In this document: positions 53,411 through 64,000 of the stretch, one piece after another | How positions within the stretch are numbered: position 1 is the stretch's first letter | How the letters are laid out: each line of letters begins with the position of its first letter | Origin: Octopus vulgaris | Taxonomy: Eukaryota | NCBI GenBank assembly: GCA_951406725.2 | Contig: OX597831.1 | Location: 51,708,001-51,772,000, forward strand | Direction: 5' to 3' | Length of the DNA: 64,000 nucleotides | Translations under genes and position numbers: made by a program | The notes under the pieces: model-generated | Told to the model about the DNA's origin: nothing | Seen by the model: only the letters and a program-made list of their open reading frames with translations | Database searches by the model: none

Positions 53411-54514
53411 TTCATTCGTCCCCAAATGATTTTAAGACCGTCCCCACCCAACTAACCCCAGTCCCTAATTAGTTCATACTCTGCAAGTTTCCTAAGAAAG
53501 CTAAAGAAACCTTCTTTACAGTGATGGAGCTATAAGGTAATACTCCAGCGTGGCCTTGACCCACCCCAGCTGTGATGTCTAAACCAAAGAAAAGAACTGA
53601 AAGAACTTAAAATTTCCATATCTTCCAGAGAATTTTATATTTTTACCATTTTCAGTTGTTGTAATGTTTTTTCAACAAGCCCCTAGTTTGCTATACATCA
53701 CGCAGCTTCTAAAAATAAAGTGGAGTCCCTTTAGGGACAAGCAGTTATTAGAGTAAAAAGGGGTTAGGGTATGAAGAACAATTTATTTGCTGAAAGTGTG
53801 GAACGGTGCTACTTAAAGATTTGTCTAAAAGACGGATGAGTTGAGAGATAACCGACATAGCATCTGAAAAGCGTAGAGATATCCAGCCAAAGAAACAGTT
53901 AACCAACCAACCAACCATCCGCCCACCTATCCGTCCATCCATCCATCTATCCATCCATCCATCCATCCATCCATCCATCCATCCATCCATCCATCCATCC
54001 ATACATCCATACATGCATACATACTTACATGCATACATACATACATGCATGCACTCACCCACACGTATATACATACATACATACATACATACATACAATC
54101 ATACATACACACACATATACATACAGACAGACATATACATACATGCATACATACATACATACATACATACATAATGTCTACATGCATGCATTCTTGCATG
54201 CAAGCATACATACATACACATACATACATACATGCATACATACATATACTCTCTTTACTCTTACTCTTATATATACACACACACACACATATTTATTTCT
54301 CCCCCTCTCTCTCTCCTTCTCTCTCCCCCTCTCTCTTTATATATATATAAATATATATTTATAATAACAAAATAATAAATAAAACATATGCATATATACG
54401 TACATATATGTACGTACCTACATCTATATGTATATATACATGCATATATGGGTACAGGACATTAAAAAAACGTCGAACACAATGAGAAACGAAAACAAAA
54501 ACAAAACCAAGGAA

Positions 54515-54573
<59 letters not shown>

Positions 54574-54672
54574 CACACAAATATACGTGGTTGTGCGCGC
54601 GCCCGTGTAAAACTGATAAACAGAGTATAATTTATGAAAAAAAATTTGCTGTTTTATTTTGATTTAAATACC

Positions 54673-55087
54673 TATTTCTTTATTACCCACAAGGGGCTAA
54701 ACATAGAGGGGACAAATAAGGACAGACATAGGTATTAAGTCGATTACATCGACCCCAGTGCGTAACTGGTACTTAATTTATCGACCCCGAAAGGATGAAA
54801 GGTAAAGTCGACCTCGGCGGAATTTGAACTCAGAACGTAACGGCAGACGAAATACCTATTTCTTTATTACCCACAAGGGGCTAAACACAGAGGGGACAAA
54901 CAAGGACAGACATTGGTATTAAGTCGATTACATCGACCCCAGAGCGTAACTGGTACTTAATTTATCGACCCCGGAAGGATGAAAGGTAAAGTCGACCTCG
55001 GCGGAATTTGAACTCAGAATGTAACGGCAGACGAAATACCGCTAAGCATTTCGCCCGACGTGATAACGTTTCTGCCAGCTCTCCGCC
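54673..55087 (-). mobile_element. Dimeric SINE B with 19-bp TSD
   Basis: One head followed by two bodies in tandem. TSD ttattttgatttaaatacc at 54654-54672 and 55088-55106. Confidence 0.88.
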
Positions 55088-56791
55088 TTATTTTGATTTA
55101 AATACCGGTGACATCAGAGTAAAACCTTTTAATATAGTTGGCCTGCATTTAGCGTCTCTGACTATCATCACTCACTCCCACTTCACTTGCTGTTTCAGTT
55201 TTCTTCTACTAGCGTGAACTACGAGACACTCATTGTATTTTATTGTATCTAAGATATTTCTTGTAGCATATGAGATCAAGTAAAACTCTCCATGGACGTT
55301 GAGAAGCAATTCTCCTTATGGAATTCGAGGAACAATCATGTTTAATTTGGAATTTTTGGTCGATATCACAAACCACACAAAATATTCAAGTTTGAACTTA
55401 TAATGGACGAATCTACTACTTGTTATCTTTCTTCTTGCCAGTATCAGGGTCTTTTAATCAGCTCTGCAATTGTTTGTAGCTCAAGTGGATAAAAGAAAAG
55501 AAAAAAAGAAAAGGAAAAGAAAAGAAAAAAAGAAACAGATAGAGTCTGCAGGTTACATTTTCCAACATTGAACGAACAGAAAACAAAATCGATGGTTGGA
55601 TACGGTATGAAGTGATTCAATTTCAAAATTTCAAAGATGTTCCAGGATTTACAAATTCATTAGCTCCAACTACGAATATGCGAAACTCCCTTTGATGTAA
55701 TGCCAGATAAAATCCGCGATGCCTTGCAGCTTGAGTGTATTCATTTGCAATCGGATATTACTTTGCTCTCCAAGTTTGATAGATTATTTATTTTGGGATT
55801 TTGTAAGTGCTGTGTCAGCATTAAAAGTAGCAAATCTGCTTTCTAGCGTTTACAAGCTTTTCTCAAGAAGTTCTTTTAAATGTTATGTCGCAGTTGATGA
55901 AGATTAGTGTTGTTGGTAATATGTTTCCAACTGGGCAATTAGTAAGTAGTTCACTACATTTCTGGTGATAAGAGTGTCAAGGGAGTGTCTGTAACTCAGT
56001 GCAGAATAAATTTCGCTATGGACTTCGTTCAAAGGGTACTTCTTTTTTGGTTTACATCCTTCATCGATATACAACTCCCATACGCACACATACATACGTA
56101 CATACAAACATACATACATGCATACATGCATACATGCATACATGCATGCATGCATACATACATACATACATACATACATACATACATACATACATACATA
56201 CATACATACGTATTACAATATTATTAAAAAAAAAGGCGGCGCTTATGATGAGCTTCTGCCGAGTTTTTGTCTACCAAATTCCTTCATTCTCTAATTAACC
56301 GAGGTTATAGAAAAAAGTGTAGTGCAGCGGGACCGATCCCATAACACGTGGTTGAGAAGCGGACTCCTTTATCACACCGCCATGCTTACGACCACTTGTG
56401 TGCTAGATTTACTGATAATAAAATACAAGTGCATTAACAGTGATATGTTTCAATGCCATATCACAGAATTATCTGTAGCTATTTTGAGATTACTCAGTCT
56501 CACAGGAAATCTCAACGCAGGAGCGAAAGTAGTCCAGCAGATTCTTCTTTTCCCCTCCATGAAGATATTGTATATACGATGTTAATACTATGTACAATGT
56601 CTGCTAAAAATATTTGGATGTATAGCTCTATGGTTGAGACGTTCGTTCAGCAATCGTCTGGTTTCGGGTTCTGTCACACTGCGCGGCATCTTTATCAAGT
56701 GTCTTATACTATAGCTATCTCCCGACCAATGTTTTCTGAGAGAATTCGATGGACGGAAACTGCATAGAAGCCCAAGTTACCCCCCACCCCC

Positions 56792-56824
<33 letters not shown>

Positions 56825-57648
56825 CATACATACATACATACATATATACATACTTGCATGCATACATACATGTATATATATATGTGAGTGTGTCTGTGTT
56901 TGTCCTCACACCAGTTCACAACAAGTGTCAGTTTGTTTATGTCCCCGTTATCTATCGGTTTGGGAAAAAGAAGTACCAGTACTGGGGACGATTTGTTCGA
57001 TTAAGCTTGTGCTCCAGCAAAGCCACAGGTCAATGAGTGCAATTGATAATTGAATAATTGAATCAGAATAATTGATAATTGAATCAGAATACAGAATGTA
57101 TTCTGATTCACAGTTAAGCATTATGATAATAACTAGACGATCACTTCCCAGTTACGAAATCCAGGGTTCGATCCTCTGACATCTTGAGATTGAAACCATG
57201 AGTGAAACTGAGCCGACGGAAACTGTTCGGAAGCCCGTCGATGGAATTCTACATGTAGTTCCATGCTCACAACTGTATCACAATTGTGTCACACCGATTT
57301 CATTAAGGGTACACATGTCTGCGGAATACTCAGCCACTCACACGCTATTTCAACGAACAGGAAATCCAGTTGATTGAACGACTGGATACTCCTCGTCGAA
57401 ATCGACGGAGATCCATTTACGAACAATAATCTTGCAAACCAACAATTGCTACGTCAGCAGTCCGATCTAATAGTCCTGTGCTTTCCAAAGCTCAAAGCAC
57501 GACCAATTTTTTTATTAATATGCTTGGTAAGAAATTTAATTAAATTCATAACACTATTCTCGTTGCCATCTTTAGTGCTTCATCTTATAACCTTTTCACT
57601 GCATAATTAAATTTCACGGTTATTCTAGTAATGATGTTAAACATCTAC

Positions 57649-57715
<67 letters not shown>

Positions 57716-57760
57716 AACTTATATATATATGTATATATGTATATATATATATGTATATAT

Positions 57761-57820
<60 letters not shown>

Positions 57821-57832
57821 ACATATATACAT

Positions 57833-57885
<53 letters not shown>

Positions 57886-57888
57886 CAC

Positions 57889-58336
57889 TCAAAATAAGTA
57901 ACAAGGATATCCAAGGTAGTGTAGTACAATCGTTTCATGCTACTTCATTTTATTAAACACTAAGAATTACATCAGTTTTAAAATGTCGAGCAATCTTCAA
58001 CCACATATAGAATTTCTTTTTAAATTAAATAGACAATGTACATTTTTATACTTATTTCATTTGCCAAAAATCTACAGATGGAGATGGACATTCTACTACC
58101 ATGTTCTTAATGATGAAATTAACCTCTCTGTCTATATATCTACCCTCTTTGTAGTATTGGCAACTGAAATAAGTATAAAAATGTACATTGTCCATTTAAT
58201 TATAAAAACATTCAATATGTGGCTGAAGATTGCTCGACATTTTAAAACTGATGTAATACTTACAGTGTTTAATAAAATGAAGTAGCATGAAATGATTGTA
58301 CTATACTACCATGGATATCCTTGTTGCTTATTTTGA
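57889..58336. mobile_element. Long fold-back / MITE with ~190-bp inverted arms
   Basis: 57889-58080 is the near reverse complement of ~58140-58336. Confidence 0.8.
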
Positions 58337-58435
58337 TTATAATCACTCCATTTGATTTATATGGATAATACCATACCAAATTCTGGTGCCTTTTGACTTA
58401 AGTACCATATTCATCTGAATCTAAATTTTGCTGAA

Positions 58436-58487
<52 letters not shown>

Positions 58488-58754
58488 ATGAAATAATAAA
58501 AAAATAAATAGAATTGGTATTTTTTGCAAGTCAAGTTGCCTCGATAAATTTGGCATATCTCAAGAAAAAATAGTTACAAACCTGACATTCCTCGGCAAAA
58601 GATAGTTTGGTATACAAAAACCTGCATACCGCAGTTAAGAGTAATGAAATTTTGAGCGGTTGCACCTGCTTTCCGCAGTAAAAGAGTTAATGCATTGTAG
58701 GTATGAGGCTAATTACACCGTTATAGCATTTTAATTGGTCTTGCTTGGTGTTAT

Positions 58755-58979
58755 CTTTACTCTTTACTCTTTACTCTTTACTCTTTTACTTGTTTCACTC
58801 ATTTGACTGTGGCCATGCTGGAGCACCGCCTTTAGTCGAGCAAATCGACCCCCAGAACTTATTCTCTGTAAGCCTAGTACTTATTCTATCGGTCTCTATT
58901 GCCGAACCGCTAAGTTACGGTGACGAAAACACACCAGCATCGGTTGTCAAGTGATGTTGGGGGGACAAACACAGACACA

Positions 58980-59052
<73 letters not shown>

Positions 59053-59191
59053 GACGGACTTCTTTCAGCTTCCGTCTACCAAATCCACTCACAAGTCTTT
59101 GGTCGGCCCGATGATATAGTAGAAGACACTTGCCCAAGGTGCCACGCAGTGGGACTGAATCCGGAACCATGTGGTTGGTAAACAAGCTACT
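58755..59191 (-). mobile_element. SINE A
   Basis: Reverse complement of family A. Confidence 0.9.
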
Positions 59192-59373
59192 AAGGAATGA
59201 ATTTGTGAAATGAAAGCGTCTTTAATTTACAGTTGCGTTGTCAAATTGAGGGTGATTTCGTTGTGATTCGATCTCACAAGTTCATACGCACTTGCAGATC
59301 GTCAAGCTGGTAAAGAAGAGAAAAAACTAAAAAAAAAAAAAAAAACCCTGTTTACCTCGTCCTTGCTGTTGAG

Positions 59374-59592
59374 CAGTGGTTTTCAACCAGGGTTCCGCGG
59401 AACCTTAGGGTTCCGCCAGTACAGTCCAGAGGTTCCGCAAGAAGTTACAAAACTGCTAAAATCGGCAGTAATTTTTAATTCTCCTGTGCAGATATGTGTG
59501 CATAAGACTATTAAATTATTGCTCAGGGGTTCCTCGAGCCAGTGGAACGTTTCCTTGGGGTTCCGCTCCAGCAAAAAGTTTGAAAAGCCCTG
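59374..59592. mobile_element. hAT (Charlie-like) MITE
   Basis: Termini CAGTGGTTTTCAACC ... GTTTGAAAAGCCCTG, internal GGGTTCC repeats and an 8-bp TSD ctgttgag/ctgtagag. Confidence 0.85.
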
Positions 59593-60030
59593 CTGTAGAG
59601 GGAAAAATTTGAAATGATGGTTTATTCCTGTAGATTATCAGAGTTGACTCCATGTTTATTATTGTTTTCGTATTTATAGTACTGAGCACTGTTCCTCGTG
59701 TTTATACATTCATACACACACATGCACACGCGCACACGTTTACACACGTATGTATATGCATATACAACACATATGTACGAGTACACTCATATACATGCGC
59801 ATATACACACTTATACTTATAGACATACATGTTTGTTTATGAGTGAGTGTGTGTGTGTGTGTGTGTGTGAGAGAAAGGGAGAGAGAGAGAGAGAGACCAT
59901 GTATCTATATACACCGCACATAGATATATACTTGCATGTATATGCATGTGTGTATGTTTATGCGTGTATATTTTTGTGTGTATGTGTGCATGCGTGTGTG
60001 TTTATGCGTGCATGCGTATATGTGTGTGTG

Positions 60031-60065
<35 letters not shown>

Positions 60066-60128
60066 GGGTCAGAGAAATTGCGTGTGTATGCTTCCATCCA
60101 TCTATCCATCCATCCATAGATGCACACG

Positions 60129-60194
<66 letters not shown>

Positions 60195-60729
60195 CACAAC
60201 ACACACGTATAATACGTATAATATTGCCGAAAAGAGCATGAACGAGAATGATAATAAAGAACAACAATAACAACAGCTGGTTGTGTTGGAATTCTCATTT
60301 AAGGATTTCTGCTTTGATGCGAGCATAGCTACGTATAATACTTCGAACAAGCACATCACGTGGTACTTAACATTTGGTGCTAGGTTTCAATCAGGCGTGA
60401 AAATATGTATTACATCCTGTTATCTTTTTTTGTGAGCGCATCTGTATGTATGAAGAATTGTAGTTATTGTTCTTTAGCTTCGTGCCAGCTTTCCTTGAAG
60501 AGAATTATATCAAAATCGTGCGATCTGTGACCACCCTGGATTTCTCTTGCATGGCGCACTATTACGATATACGTTGTGTTCCTTTCTGTGTGAAGATAGT
60601 TGCGTTGTCAAATTGAGTGTGATTTCGTTGCTTTTTCTAGCAAATCGAGGTTATCTCGTCGGTAGATATGTGCATGTGTTTATGCATGTGTGTGATTACG
60701 GTTAAGTAATGTTCGCTAATATCCGACAT

Positions 60730-60914
60730 GTAGAACCATTTATCCCGATTCTTCTCTCTCTGTCTCTCCATCTTTTTCCTCTCATCCCTTTCCGTTGAAG
60801 AGCGTGGGCTTGAAACGTCAAAGACCTTTCCATTTTTTCTGAGCGTCAAACTTATACACCTGCTTATTGTTCCCTCACCTGTCTTTCTCTTTTGTTTTCT
60901 GTGCATATGAACCA

Positions 60915-60915
<1 letters not shown>
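60730..60915 (+). mobile_element. Family F-related element with variant hammerhead (60788-60823)
   Basis: ctttCCGTTGAa-GAGC-gtgg-GCTT-GAAACGTC^aaag...ctgagcg. Confidence 0.65.
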
Positions 60916-60961
<46 letters not shown>

Positions 60962-60972
60962 GCATAAAAGAA

Positions 60973-61018
<46 letters not shown>

Positions 61019-61044
61019 ATTTAATATATATGAACAAAATCTGG

Positions 61045-61228
61045 ATTTCAAATTTTGGCACAAGGCGAGCAATTTCCTGATAGGGGCTGAGTCAATTAGA
61101 TCGACCCCAGTGTTCAACCGGTACTTATTTTATCGACTGCGAAGGGATGGAAGGCAAAGACGACCCCAGCGACAATTGAACTCAGAACATTTGCCCAGCA
61201 TGTTCATGATTCTGCCTGCTCGCCGCCT
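61045..61228 (-). mobile_element. SINE B, degenerate
   Basis: Family B blocks. Confidence 0.7.
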
Positions 61229-62388
61229 TCTGTATGAACAAAATATAACGGCCAAAACTTTTAGTATATACATTATGCAATATTGTGCACATGCAAATAC
61301 TAACTTGGGGTAGAAAAAAAGGGAATCACGCTCATTAACAGGATTTTAACCACGGACCTTGATATTGATTAAGCCATGCGGACTTAGTGCCACTTCCATT
61401 ATAAAATTTGACCTAAATGGTGATATACATATTTTGATTGAAAGTTTTTCAAGTATTGTGTTTCGGAGATCATTTTGTCAGACGCTTAATACTTGTAAGA
61501 AAAGTTACTTCTACCGATGTCCAACATAAATTATCAGAAAGTCACCTGATTTTTTCAACCAGAACTAATTCCTAGATAAAGAAGAATGTTACATTCACGT
61601 CTAGTATTATATATCTATATCTATCTATATCTATATATATATATGAAGAGTGTTTAGACATTATAACCATCTGATATGCTGGATGTTAGAAAGTTGCTAA
61701 ATGGCTGACAAATTAATTGCAGAAGAGGCGAGATGCTTATGGAGATTAAACAGTTTAGTGAAATAGCAGATATACACAAATACAAATAGATAAACTTCTA
61801 TGATTCAATGAAGATGGTAATCTGATTTATTGGTTATTTATTGTCATTAACAATGGGCCATGGTAAGTACACTCCGTATAATAGCATATCTTGCAAGCGC
61901 TCAGTGACTGGTTAACCGGTGGAGATAGAAAATATATGCTACATTAAAAAATAGCAGAAATCTTTGCAGAATCTAAACTGAGGCTATAGAATGGCAGCTT
62001 TTCAGTGATGCAATTGGTAACGTGGTCACTCAGTAAGCAGTACAAGCATGGATCTAACATCGTACGGAGCTCTATTTTTCTGTCTTTTGATGTTTATAAT
62101 GTCTGGGTCATTCATCTAAAATGCACTTGCTATCTTTTATCTTTTATTTCTTGCAGTAATGACTGTAGTCATACTGGGGCACCGCCTTAAAGGGTTTTAG
62201 TCGACTAATTTTTTAAAGCCTAATTCTTATTCTCTCAGTGTCTTTTGCCAAACTGCTAAGCCACGGAAACATAAACCCATCAACGCTGGTTGCCAAGTGG
62301 TGGCGACGGAACAAACACAGACACAAAGATACACACGTAGATACTATATATTGGGTTATTCCATAGATAATGCGGTTTTTTCAATTGC

Positions 62389-62480
<92 letters not shown>

Positions 62481-62853
62481 CACTCTTGCGCTCAAAAGAT
62501 GTGCGCAAATTTCTATAAATACCCTGTATTATTTATGTCTCAAAGACGGACGTAACTCCCTCAGGGAATATGATTCAGGTGATCGTAACCACTCGATAGA
62601 AATTGATAAAATGAATAACCAACAAATACTCTGGGTGCAATAACTCTCAGCAAGGTCACAGGGAAATTACTTATACCGAAAAAAGAGCGTATGCATATGT
62701 ATGCATGGATACATATGCGAAAATGTGCATGTGTGTGAGTGTGCGTCTGAATGTGTGTGCCTTATTCATGAATTGTTTATAAATTTAACCTTTAAAGGTA
62801 TTTTTTAATATGCTGGGTATTGATAAAATTTTTTTTCGAAAAAATTTTATCCT

Positions 62854-62904
<51 letters not shown>

Positions 62905-62906
<2 letters not shown>

Positions 62907-63007
62907 CGGGAAGCTTTATGAAAATAGACAAAAGACGAAGGCAGGTGGGAAACAAACAAACAATTGTATTAGTATGGTGCTCAGGAAATATAAATAAAAC
63001 AAGTCTT
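62905..63007 (-). mobile_element. Family F-related fragment starting at the predicted HHR cleavage site
   Basis: Reverse complement homologous to 44812-44910; lies between (TA)n and (TACA)n. Confidence 0.65.
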
Positions 63008-63092
63008 ACATACATACATATATATACTATGTATGCATGTTTATATATATATATATGTGTGTGCGTGCGTGCGTGCGTGTGTGTGTGTGTGT

Positions 63093-63128
<36 letters not shown>

Positions 63129-63730
63129 CGCCACAGCTTTAGGACTGAAACGTACAAAACGTTTATACGAACATATATGCATGCATGTATGTATACATAC
63201 ACAGACACAGACACACACACATATACATATATATGTATGCATGTAGGTATATATATGCAAGCACACATCCGTACATTGGTACCATTTTTATGTATAATTG
63301 TAAGCAAAAACCGAGAAGCATTAACTATAAAATCACTGAACGCGTTTAAGTAGAGTATCACATTTATTTTCGCAAAGAAAGGTTAAGCTGTGACTTGGAG
63401 GTTTCATCGGTTGTTGACCGTTCGTCAGGCTGACGATGCCAACAAACTTCGAAATCTTTGTCAACCTTTTCCATGTATGTATGTATGTATGTATGTATGT
63501 ATGTATGTATGTATGTATGTGGGTATGTATGTATGTATGTGGGTAGATAGGTATGTATGTATGTATGCATGTATGTTTGGATGTATGTATGCATGTGTAT
63601 GTAAGTACAAATAAACATATATATTGAGAGAGAGAGGGGGAGAGAAAGAGAGGGAGAGAAAGAGAAAGAGAAAGTGAAAGAGAGAGAGAGAGAGAGCGAC
63701 AGCATGAGAGAGATAGTTTTATTTAATATA

Positions 63731-63965
63731 TATTTCTTTTTTGCCCCCAAGGGGCTAAACATAGAGGGGACAAACAGGGGCAGACAAACGGATTAATTAA
63801 GTTGATTACATCGACGCCAGTGCGAAACTGGTACTTTATTTATCGACCCCGAAAGGATGAAAGGCAAAATCGACCTCGGCGGAATTTGAACTCAGAACGT
63901 AACGACAGACGAAATACCGCTAAGTATTTCGCCCGGCGCGCTAACGTGTCTGCCAGCTCGCCGCC
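63731..63965 (-). mobile_element. SINE B, full length
   Basis: Family B; approximate TSD ttttatttaatata. Confidence 0.88.
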
Positions 63966-64000
63966 TCTTTTTTTATTTAATATACTCTCGTCTTTGTTGT

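Overview
AT-rich eukaryotic DNA saturated with repeats, most likely intronic or intergenic sequence from an octopus/cephalopod (inferred from the SINE families and extreme microsatellite density). No intact host protein-coding gene, tRNA or rRNA is supported, and almost all listed ORFs are microsatellite or SINE read-throughs. The window holds four tRNA-derived SINE families (about 30 copies) and decayed piggyBac, mariner and Merlin (IS1016/ISXO2-type) transposase remnants. It also holds hAT and mariner MITEs, three non-autonomous Helitrons, LINE fragments (R4/Dong-like RLE, RTE, CR1/L2-like RT), complex minisatellites and a long fold-back. The most notable signal is a set of short, microsatellite-embedded elements carrying type-I hammerhead ribozyme motifs. 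These include a canonical motif at 8694-8786, minimal motifs near 13.8k, 40.1k and 47.4k, core-variant motifs near 44.8k and 60.8k, and a degenerate one near 63.4k. Two truncated copies begin at, or within 1 nt of, the predicted cleavage site. One locus (13663-14146) is a 378-nt cleavage-site-to-cleavage-site partial tandem that resembles a retrozyme or mini-Penelope. All calls were made by eye, so family names and some boundaries are approximate.
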